Of a stretch of 18,300 nt of DNA, positions 1-7,733 are shown piece after piece. Source of the stretch: Amoeboradix gromovi X-113 (Eukaryota; Fungi; Sanchytriomycota); contig JADGIF010000129.1 in NCBI GenBank assembly GCA_018985225.1, forward strand, positions 1-18,300. Direction: 5' to 3'. Below the pieces are notes generated by a model that worked only from the letters and a program-made list of their open reading frames with translations, had not been told where the DNA came from and did no database searches. Position 1 is the stretch's first letter; every line of letters begins with the position of its first letter. Made by a program: the position numbers and the translations under genes.

Positions 1-80
1 TTTATTCTCCTTTCATACTCGTCAACTCCGCAACTAGCTGAATGTCCACTCGCCTCTTAAATCCATAAAATTAATAATGC

Positions 81-146
81 TGAAATAATGTGCCAAGTTG
101 TTACAGAAAGTCAGTCCAGTTTTTATATTTGATGTCCCATTTGTTT
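81..146 (+). repeat. Dispersed block B, copy overlapping the 5' end of the RGS ORF
   Basis: Ungapped match to 10849-10914, 54/66 identical (41/46 over 101-146). The core AGTCYAGTTTTTAWATTTGRTRTCCCATTTG also matches the reverse complements of 10461-10490 and 17904-17938. Confidence 0.8.
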
Positions 147-698
147 TATGGAATATTCGTCTTGTTAGTATACTTTGCAGCCTGCATGTACCTAAACGGC
201 AGGGAGATACTTGGGCTTCGGTTAGAATTCGCTTTGCTTTTATCAAGCTGTATATCTACAAGTATTTTTTATTTAGTTTCCAAGTCAGTTTTGGGTATTG
301 TAGATGAAAGCCAAAATATGACCGCGCAATTGATCATAGCTACATTCTACTCTTCTTACTTCCCGTTGATTTATATCGCTCTTATAAAGAAGGACAGATT
401 ACAAATTGGCAACAATTTCTACTATTTGGACTCGCTGTATCTCAAAGCCAAGCAGATGTACTCTGAAGAAAACATACTATTTTTGAAGCAGTATCAGTCG
501 TATTTATCAAACAAATCAGCTGAAAGAGCAAACCAACTTATTATTCAATTTATTCTTCGTAATTCTAAAAATCAGCTAAATATAGATGAGTATTTGAGGA
601 CTTCGGTCTGTGAGGACTCTGGAAAACTAATACTTGTGCATGAACAGATAATCGAACTAGTGCGAAGCAATATTTTGCCCTTTGTGACAGACAAGTGA
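90..698 (+). CDS. Membrane protein with a C-terminal RGS (regulator of G-protein signalling) domain; probably a 5'-truncated TM-RGS gene (first ATG at 132)
   Basis: About 3 hydrophobic segments precede YSEENILF...ANQLIIQFI..NSKNQLNID...HEQIIELVRSNILPF, which matches the RGS pattern (SEEN.LF; I...FI......+NI; L+....+P.F). The ORF track starts at GTG 90 and upstream in-frame stops prevent extension. Confidence 0.65.
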   Translation: MPSCYRKSVQFLYLMSHLFYGIFVLLVYFAACMYLNGREILGLRLEFALLLSSCISTSIFYLVSKSVLGIVDESQNMTAQLIIATFYSSYFPLIYIALIKKDRLQIGNNFYYLDSLYLKAKQMYSEENILFLKQYQSYLSNKSAERANQLIIQFILRNSKNQLNIDEYLRTSVCEDSGKLILVHEQIIELVRSNILPFVTDK

Positions 699-713
699 GA
701 CTTGCGTGGCAAT

Positions 714-799
714 TGCCGTTTTTCTATCCCTTCATAAAGTTGTATATCTCGAGAACAAGCTATTTCGATGCTCAGGATAATTTCATCTTTAACTACAAC
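714..799 (+). repeat. Highly degenerate candidate omega-RNA scaffold copy just after the RGS stop codon
   Basis: Collinear short matches to the 5260-5379 scaffold: TTCTATCCC~TTCAATCCC, TGTA..GAGAACAAGC~TGTAACAGAGAAACTAGC, ATTTCGATGCTCAGGATAATT~ATTTCTCGATTTTCTCGGAAATT, CTTTAACTA~CTTTTAACTA. Confidence 0.4.
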
Positions 800-827
800 A
801 AATTATTACTGGTAAGTTTTTGTTTAT

Positions 828-1974
828 TTAACTCATAGTATCGGGAGCAACTCCGCGCATCTTTGTCTTTTCCACGTATATATCTGTGTGCAACTCATCT
901 AGCGATGGTTCAGGGCTCATTTTTGCTTCATCGACACTCTTATCAACATGTTCCTTACATGCTTTGTCTATTGATTTCAATTCCTCCTCTGTTGCTATTG
1001 ATTCAGACAGCAATCTAGTCTTTAAGCCGTTAATTGGATCTCTTCTCGATCTCATATTATTAATCTCTTCACGGGTTCTATAAGTAGTGCCAGGGTCACT
1101 CATACTATGTCCCCCGTATCTGTATGTTTCCATTTCCATCACCATGGGCCCATTCTTCACGCAATATTCTCTTGCAAATTTCATAGCAGTGTGCACAGCC
1201 AACACATCCATACCATTAACTTTTACACCAGAAATATAGTCACCGCGAGTATAGTAATCAAATGAAGCAGATGCACGGGCAGCCGAAGTACCCATGCCAT
1301 ATCTATTATTTTCACAAAGAAATGCTGCAGGCAGTTTCCATAACTTTGCCAAATTATAGGCCTCAAATATCTGACCCTAAGTAAGTCTATTGTACCTGAT
1401 TAGCTGCACCATCACCATATAAAGATATGCAAAACTTTTTCGTATTTTTATAAAAATGTTTAAAAGCAATGCCAGCACCCAAAGGGACCTGAGCACCAAC
1501 AATTCCATTACCTCCATAGAATTCAGGCGCAAACATATGCATACTTCCGCCCTTTCCCTTGGTAATTCCAGCTTTTCTACCTAGTAGCTCAGCTAATATC
1601 GAAGTAACAGTACCGCCTCTAACTAGAGCAAACCCGTGACATCTGTAAGCAGTTATAATACTATCATCATCGTGGATCGCACTCTCTATGCCCACACTAA
1701 CAGCTTCTTGCCCTGAGTTCAAGTGACAAAACCCTCTAATTAGTTTCTGCTTGTACAATGCATCTGCAGCTGTTTCCATCCTTCTCATAAGCACCATAGT
1801 TGCATACATATCTAACAAATCACCTTTAGAAACTTGTACTTTTAGCTCAGGTCCATTCTTTGGATCAATTTTGTGCAGTTGAAATGGCTCAACTACGAAA
1901 TCAAACATTTTGTCTGATTCACTTGCCTTAATTGGAACCACTCTCTTTAAAGCTAATAGGTTTCTCGACAACAT
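828..1974 (-). CDS. PDA1: Pyruvate dehydrogenase E1 alpha subunit, mitochondrial; 2 exons, complement(join(828..1376,1396..1974)), 375 aa
   Basis: Motifs IRGFCHL, AYRCHG, GKGGSMH, the TPP-binding GDGAANQ|GQIFEAYN and RYGGHSMSDPG. The two track ORFs join in frame once the 19-nt intron is removed. Confidence 0.97.
1377..1395 (-). other. 19-nt spliceosomal intron GTACAATAGACTTACTTAG (phase 0)
   Basis: GT...AG ends and an in-frame TAG inside. Removal restores the invariant GDGAANQGQ motif with no residue added or lost. Confidence 0.93.
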
Positions 1975-2041
1975 GAAGTTAATTTTGTCACACCCTTTAA
2001 TAAAATTATTTTCAATTCAGAAAATATCAAACCTGGGAGTT
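1975..2041. promoter_or_regulatory. 67-bp divergent intergenic region (bidirectional promoter and 5' UTRs of PDA1 and VPS33)
   Basis: The PDA1 ATG begins at 1974 on the - strand and the likely VPS33 ATG is at 2042 on the + strand; the core is AT-rich. Function is inferred from position. Confidence 0.55.
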
Positions 2042-3742
2042 ATGGAGCAAGTCTATCTTAAAGCCATTCTTGATATACTAGATTCACATGCGGGTCCAAA
2101 AAATCTTATAGTCGATCCTGATTTGGTCAATAGCATTAATTTAATTGTCCAAATTCAAACCCTTAATGAACATAAAGTAGTGCATGTGGGGCCTTTACGC
2201 AATCATAATCGACAGCCAATTCTAACTTTCTATCTTATCAAAAATTCGGCTATTGAGACCACTTTACATATTCTAGACAAGTCTTGTCAAAATATAATCC
2301 TTTTAGTTCCTCGCATAGACCTCAATACTCAGTTAAAACTAGAGCAGACCGGTTTAAAATATCAGTCTATACCACTGTTCTGGTCTCTGGTCGATAGTGA
2401 TCTCCTCTCTCTGGAATTAAATTGTTTTCGTGATTTATTTGTCTTCAAAAACTCTGGCGTATTATATGACATGAGCCGTGGATTGATACAGTTAATTAGC
2501 TGCTATGGCAAAATAAATCGTATAGTAGCAAAAGGAAACTACTCTGTCGAATTAAAAGATCTTTTATTAAAAATGACTGAAATCGACTCTATTTCTAGAG
2601 ATAATCAATCCGAGGATATACTGCCCTCTAATTTGCTTCCTAGCAACCAATTCTTCCCGCTCAACACTTATGAACCTCCAGTAAACGATGCTATTCTTAA
2701 AAATGTTGATGTATTCATGTTCGATCGTAGTGTAGATCAGACATCTCCGTTACTAAAGCAACTGACATATAACGGCTTGCTTTCTGAGTACTGCAACTAC
2801 GAATGTGGCCATATAGATGACAACAATTCCATGTACAATGCTCAAAATCCTACCACTTCGTCAAAAAAGATCAAATTAAAAGATGACAATGTGTACCAGG
2901 ATATAAAAGATGCCAATTTTGTGAGTGTGGGTAGCATATTACATAAGACATCAAAATCATTACGTGAAATTGAGGAATCGAGACATCAAGCAACTACGAT
3001 TGGACAACTTAAGACATTTGTCAGCAGTAAATTGGGATCCAACGAAATGAATAAAAAGTCATTGGCATTGCATACAAATATAACGGAACAATTAAAGAAG
3101 GTAATAGAGGACGATGATTTTGAAAAAATGATTGAAATACAACAAGCCTGCTTCAGCGGTAACGAGTCTCTACAGCACTTAGAGTTTGTGGAAGAATTAA
3201 TAAATAGAAGTGAGTTAGTTGATGACTTGTTGCGTATTTTGTGCTACATCTCAATTTTATGTGATGGGATAAAACAACGCCAATTTGAATATTTTAAAAA
3301 AGAAATTGTATCTTCATTTGGTATAATGTATTTCGAGATCATAGACGACTTAAATACTGCCCAGTTGCTAGTGAAAAAGGAAGACGGGTTAAAATCAACC
3401 TATAGGTTGCAAAGAAAACAGTTGAAACTCTATATGGATAACACCAACGAAAAGGACCCTACAGATATATCGTATGTGTATAGCGGAATAGCACCACTGA
3501 TTCCGCGATTAATGGAAATACTAATGCAAAACCAGCTGAACATTCAAGCAATTCAATCAGTGCCGGGAGTACAAGAGGAATATGCAGCTGGAAACGAAAA
3601 TGGAGAGATTGTGATTATAGTAATTGTAGGCGGAATAACTCATGCTGAAATTGCGTCGCTAAGATTTATATTTAAAGATAGACTTACAAAGGTGCTCATT
3701 GCATCAACAAACATCACAACGCCGGACTTTTATAGAAGATAA
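2042..3742 (+). CDS. VPS33: Sec1/Munc18 family protein Vps33 (HOPS/CORVET)
   Basis: N-terminal LDILDSHAGPKNLIVD, DLLSLE, FDRSVDQTSPLLKQLTYNGL, SLALHTNI, PTDISYVYSGIAPL and VGGITHAEIASLRF. The track start at 1910 overlaps PDA1, so the ATG at 2042 is preferred. Confidence 0.92.
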   Translation: MEQVYLKAILDILDSHAGPKNLIVDPDLVNSINLIVQIQTLNEHKVVHVGPLRNHNRQPILTFYLIKNSAIETTLHILDKSCQNIILLVPRIDLNTQLKLEQTGLKYQSIPLFWSLVDSDLLSLELNCFRDLFVFKNSGVLYDMSRGLIQLISCYGKINRIVAKGNYSVELKDLLLKMTEIDSISRDNQSEDILPSNLLPSNQFFPLNTYEPPVNDAILKNVDVFMFDRSVDQTSPLLKQLTYNGLLSEYCNYECGHIDDNNSMYNAQNPTTSSKKIKLKDDNVYQDIKDANFVSVGSILHKTSKSLREIEESRHQATTIGQLKTFVSSKLGSNEMNKKSLALHTNITEQLKKVIEDDDFEKMIEIQQACFSGNESLQHLEFVEELINRSELVDDLLRILCYISILCDGIKQRQFEYFKKEIVSSFGIMYFEIIDDLNTAQLLVKKEDGLKSTYRLQRKQLKLYMDNTNEKDPTDISYVYSGIAPLIPRLMEILMQNQLNIQAIQSVPGVQEEYAAGNENGEIVIIVIVGGITHAEIASLRFIFKDRLTKVLIASTNITTPDFYRR

Positions 3743-3779
3743 TAAAGTAGATGGTAATTTCTAAATTTTATTAAAGTAA

Positions 3780-4844
3780 CTACCTCCAGTTAATGGGTAC
3801 TTGATCTGTTCTATATCGTTGTGTTACAGTACAATCTTCCCAAACACCATATTCGCTTTGCTCAGCGTGAAGAATAGCAGTCCATGCAATCATAAGACCA
3901 TTGTCGATGCAATATCTATCATCCATCGAATTCAAAATAGCATTTCTTTCACTTGCCATGGCTTTAAGCATTTCCTGCAATCGCAAGTTACAGCCAACAC
4001 CACCAACACATAATATTTCTGTAGCTTGCGTTAGTGCCATTACTCTCTCGGTGGTTTCAACCATCATTGCAAACGCAGTTTCTTGTAATGAATAGCATAA
4101 ATCAGCAACTGATTGCATATCAGCAGTAAACCAGTCATCGACTAGCTCCTCGGGAATTATAGGTCCGCTGTATGATATTTCATGTTTCTTCGCGTACGAT
4201 TCAATAAAGCTTAGTAGTCCGCTAAATGAAACGTCCATGCCTTTGATTACATATGGCAGTTCAATATAGGACCTACCACGCAATGCCAACTGCTCAATCC
4301 ACCAGCCACCTGCAGGGTTGTTAGGAAGTTTAATAGATCTAGCAAATCTATCCAAAGCATTCCCGACTGCGATGTCAATAGTTTCTCCATATATTCGATA
4401 CCTGTTTTTAGAATATCCGATTATTTGAGAGTTACCACCAGATGCATACAGTATGACAGGATTATTGGAATTACAAACTATTCTGCCCATTTCAATATGT
4501 GCTACGCAATGGTTTACAGGGATTAGTGGAACTTTCCAAATTAAAGAGAGAGTTCTGGCAACTAGAGCGCCGACCAATAAACAAGGTGCCATTCCCGGTC
4601 CTTTGGTGTAAGCAATAAAGTCAATGTCTGAAGGCTTCAACTTTGCAGTTTTCAATGCTTCAGAAACAAGTTTGTTGATACAATTTCGATGATGTGTAGC
4701 AGTTTCTTTTGGTAAAAAACCAAATCCAGGTGGTGTTGTATAAGTAGCACGCACGTTCGCCAGTTCTCTGAACGAGCTTTCAACTTTTTTGGCTATACCC
4801 ACGCCAACTTTGTTTGCGCTCGATTCAATCCCGAGTATTATCAT
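3780..4844 (-). CDS. KAE1: tRNA N6-adenosine threonylcarbamoyltransferase (KEOPS Kae1/OSGEP)
   Basis: LGIESSANKVGVG, YTKGPGM, VNHCVAHIEMG, SGGNSQ, GETIDIAVGN, SLQETAFAM, IDNGLMIA and TQRYRTD. Confidence 0.97.
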   Translation of the reverse strand: MIILGIESSANKVGVGIAKKVESSFRELANVRATYTTPPGFGFLPKETATHHRNCINKLVSEALKTAKLKPSDIDFIAYTKGPGMAPCLLVGALVARTLSLIWKVPLIPVNHCVAHIEMGRIVCNSNNPVILYASGGNSQIIGYSKNRYRIYGETIDIAVGNALDRFARSIKLPNNPAGGWWIEQLALRGRSYIELPYVIKGMDVSFSGLLSFIESYAKKHEISYSGPIIPEELVDDWFTADMQSVADLCYSLQETAFAMMVETTERVMALTQATEILCVGGVGCNLRLQEMLKAMASERNAILNSMDDRYCIDNGLMIAWTAILHAEQSEYGVWEDCTVTQRYRTDQVPINWR

Positions 4845-4889
4845 GCTAGTTTCACCCGTTTCATTTAATGTTGTCAGCGTTCTTGTCTG

Positions 4890-5402
4890 GGAGTTTTCGC
4901 ATATTCGCAGTCTGTTTTCAAATAAACCGAGTGAAGAGCTTGTAGAAAAATTGTATTTATCTCCTCATTGTTTCAACCGCTTTCAAGAAAACTGCTTGAC
5001 TATTTTCTTGAATAAATCATTTATAGCGAATTTGTATATATTTTTGTATCATTTCAAGACTTTTCCAGATTTTTCTAATAGCTTAAACACTCGATATTCT
5101 TCCTTTTCGCAAATGGTAAATCATTTCTAAATATATAATTAACAGGTACAGCATACAAAGACATATGATCTGATATTCTTATCATCGTTCAATACGAGCC
5201 AGATGCTAAGTAGCTTGTCGAGCAAGGTCGCAAGAAACATGGCTGCAAGGAACATATACATCAGGTATCTGCATCCTTATTCAATCCCACCTCAGGGTAG
5301 TGAAAGCGTGAACGATCACTGTAACAGAGAAACTAGCATTTCTCGATTTTCTCGGAAATTAGGACTTTTAACTAGGAGCTATCGGTTAAAACTAAACAAG
5401 AC
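4890..5402 (+). mobile_element. Non-autonomous Fanzor-derived element: end motif (4901-4928), block A (4979-5157), RuvC-III remnant MAARNIYIRYL (from 5239) and omega-RNA-like 3' segment
   Basis: Block A matches the reverse complement of 9930-10097 and matches 16650-16778 directly. 5238-5336 is 90/99 identical to the reverse complement of 9589-9687. TTTCAAATAAACC (4916-4928) recurs inverted at 18224-18236. Confidence 0.78.
5260..5389 (+). ncRNA. Candidate Fanzor omega-RNA scaffold, copy 1 (lacks about 16 nt present in the 9520-9665 copy)
   Basis: Conserved segment directly 3' of the MAARNI codons, with hairpin GATTTT-CTCG-GAAATT (5345-5360) and terminal AGGACTTTTAACTAGGAGC. The position matches known TnpB/Fanzor omega-RNA loci; expression is not shown. 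Confidence 0.6.
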
Positions 5403-5503
5403 ATTTAACACTAAAGCAGCTTTTATTTCTCTGATATAATACTTCTTCTGAACCCAGAAATTGGTGTAGGAATGAATAATCGACCGAAGATAGGTGAAAA
5501 CCA

Positions 5504-5778
5504 TTGGTGGAGTGTGATAAAGCATTTACTAGTCAAAAATTTATTGTATGGAGCTCTAAGTCCTAAAGAAAAGCAATTTAGAGACACATATGTCAAGCTG
5601 TTTTTAGGATGCAGATTAAGCCCCTATACCTGATATATGCGTCCTTGTTTTTTCTCAACTCAGAGTTCCAGTAATTTCTGTTATTAATGTAACGAAGGTG
5701 ACTTGCATTGCAGCATCCTGTGGAATCTCTTTGTTTTCCAAGAAAACAAGAACCTTAACTATGAGTAAAGCAGTTTAT
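5504..5778 (+). pseudogene. Second, more diverged Fanzor 3' relic with scaffold, in tandem with copy 1
   Basis: LVECDKAFTSQ (5504-5536) resembles the TnpB/Fanzor v.v.E.yTSq motif, followed by LKKSNLET (5563-5586). Scaffold homology covers 5625-5778, including TGTAACG, CTGTGGAA, a perfect hairpin TTGTTTTC-CAA-GAAAACAA (5731-5749) and TTAACTATGAGT. Confidence 0.72.
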
Positions 5779-5785
5779 CAAAAAT

Positions 5786-6319
5786 TTATTTTTTTGTTAC
5801 AGAATTTAAAACAAAAGCCAAGCTACTAGATTGACTTTTTAAGCCTTGCAATAGCTTTAGAATTGGGCTCTCCAGCACTCCCACAAGGTTACTTTGTGAA
5901 TGTTTAATATTTATGACTTGACTCATTGCTTTTGAATCTAAGCATTTGTTATCAACCTTGACGCTCATAGGTATGATACTTTTAGGTAATTTTAAATTTT
6001 CAAAGTTTTCAATGTTGCCATAAAGTACCAGGGATGGACCAGTAATAGACATTTTTAAATTCGATTCCTCCAGTGCAACGTTCATAATACTTGATTTAAC
6101 CATTGTACATTTCCAGTCATGCTTTAATAAACTATATTTTAAAGTTTCATACTCAAAAGCGCTCATAGGTTGCCTATGGCAAACTACTACGATTTCTTTT
6201 TTCAATATTTCACAATAATGATTAAACCTCAATTCTTTCCAAGGCGCAAACCTTTTCCTGTTCGGAAGTAGTTTTGCTTTTCTCTGCTTACTAAAATTCC
6301 AAACAGCATTAATTGACAT
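5786..6319 (-). CDS. Probable mitochondrial large-subunit ribosomal protein uL10m (L10 family)
   Basis: 177 aa with a basic N-terminal targeting-like peptide and the L10-like pattern IVVVCH..MSAFE...LK..L.....CTMVKSSIM..AL......ITGPSLVLY. Divergent, so no symbol is given. Confidence 0.6.
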   Translation of the reverse strand: MSINAVWNFSKQRKAKLLPNRKRFAPWKELRFNHYCEILKKEIVVVCHRQPMSAFEYETLKYSLLKHDWKCTMVKSSIMNVALEESNLKMSITGPSLVLYGNIENFENLKLPKSIIPMSVKVDNKCLDSKAMSQVINIKHSQSNLVGVLESPILKLLQGLKSQSSSLAFVLNSVTKK

Positions 6320-6497
6320 TTCAAAGAGTTAATAAAAATAGGAGTGTATGATCTTGAATGCACAAAAATGTTTTTCAAGGATTTCTAAATTAACAACATA
6401 ATTATGTGCTGCCTATGCTTTCTATTATGGCAACTCTTGTCTTACTAAGTATTTGTAACTTGCTTAGGATCATCAGCCCTGAAATGTATTCGAAACA

Positions 6498-7691
6498 ATG
6501 AAACCTTCTGAAAAACTACATTTTGCAACCCAGTTAATCCGCACACAACACGATGATCCTTATCAATCCTCTTCATTTCCACTGTATCTCTCTGCTACTT
6601 TTCATGGAAATGGTGCTTTTGATTACTCTAGAAGTGGTAACCCTAGTCGCTCTCATGTTGAAACTCATTTAGCTAAGCTTCAGCATGCCCATTCTAGCTT
6701 CTGCGTTAGCTCCGGTATGAGCGCTTTGGATGTTATACTTCGATTATTAAAAAGTGGGGACCATATAATCTGCGGTAATGATCTATATGGTGGTTCCCAC
6801 CGTCTACTAACATTTTATCAGCGTCAGAACATATCCTTGTCATTTGTGGATACCAGCAATATTAACGCAATCAAGTCCTGTCTTAATAACTCAACAAAAA
6901 TGATCTTATTAGAAACACCAACTAACCCGCTGCTTAAAGTGTGTGATATCGAATTAATAGCTCAAATGGCCCATGCTATTAATTCTGAAATCCTTGTTGT
7001 AGTTGATAATACTATGATGAGTCCTTACCTTCAACAACCTTTAGATTTGGGTGCTGATATTTCGTATCACAGCGGCACTAAATACCTTAGCGGTCATCAT
7101 GATTTGAGTAGTGGAGTTATTGGCTGTGCTAATAAGCACATATCTGACAGTATTTATTTTGTTGTCAATGCGACAGGATGTGGTCTGAACCCATTCGACT
7201 GTTTTTTGTTAACACGAGGAATAAAAACATTGGCTGTGAGGATGGACTATCAGCAGCGTAGTGCTCTGCATATAGCTAAAGTGTTGGAGAGCTGTAAATT
7301 GAAAGTATTTTATCCTGGGCTAAAGTCTCATCCCCAATATGAGTTGCATAAAAAGCAGAGCAGCGGAGTCGGAAGCGTACTATCATTTATTACAAACAGT
7401 GTAGCTACTAGTGAGCGAATATTAGAGCTGACCCAGCTGTGGAGTATTTCAGTAAGTTTTGGGTGTGTTAACTCGTTGATTTCAATGCCATGCCAGATGA
7501 GCCATGCATCTATACCAGAACATATACGCAAGGAGAGGCAACTTCCAGAAGATTTGATAAGATTGTGTGTAGGTATTGAGGATGTTAGGGATTTGTTGAA
7601 TGACCTAATAGATGCATTAGTGGAAGCGAAAGTAATCGACAGAGAACAGTTACAGATATTGGTACATGACAATATTGTTAGTAGTAAATGA
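6498..7691 (+). CDS. STR3: Cystathionine beta-lyase (PLP-dependent Cys/Met metabolism family)
   Basis: FDYSRSGNPSR, SSGMSALDVI, DLYGG, LETPTNPL, VVDNTMMSP, the PLP lysine motif HSGTKYLSGHHD, and the fungal-type SVSFGCVNSLISMPC..SHASI. Confidence 0.92.
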   Translation: MKPSEKLHFATQLIRTQHDDPYQSSSFPLYLSATFHGNGAFDYSRSGNPSRSHVETHLAKLQHAHSSFCVSSGMSALDVILRLLKSGDHIICGNDLYGGSHRLLTFYQRQNISLSFVDTSNINAIKSCLNNSTKMILLETPTNPLLKVCDIELIAQMAHAINSEILVVVDNTMMSPYLQQPLDLGADISYHSGTKYLSGHHDLSSGVIGCANKHISDSIYFVVNATGCGLNPFDCFLLTRGIKTLAVRMDYQQRSALHIAKVLESCKLKVFYPGLKSHPQYELHKKQSSGVGSVLSFITNSVATSERILELTQLWSISVSFGCVNSLISMPCQMSHASIPEHIRKERQLPEDLIRLCVGIEDVRDLLNDLIDALVEAKVIDREQLQILVHDNIVSSK

Positions 7692-7733
7692 TATAAATTT
7701 TAAGTTTAATATTCTCGCACTAGGCCAAAGAAA

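Noticed and set aside
828-1974. PDA1 as a split or frameshifted pseudogene
   Set aside because: An exact GT-AG 19-nt excision restores the invariant motif, which is better explained by an intron.
1910-2041. N-terminal extension of VPS33 overlapping PDA1
   Set aside because: It starts at TTG within PDA1, and Vps33 similarity begins just after the ATG at 2042.
3723-3738. GGACTTTTA at the end of VPS33, resembling the scaffold terminal motif
   Set aside because: Only a 9-nt match inside a coding region, with no upstream scaffold similarity.
4789-5439. Track ORFs 4789..5130 and 5203..5439 as real genes
   Set aside because: They are open frames through element sequence; only the MAARNIYIRYL portion reflects ancestral coding sequence.
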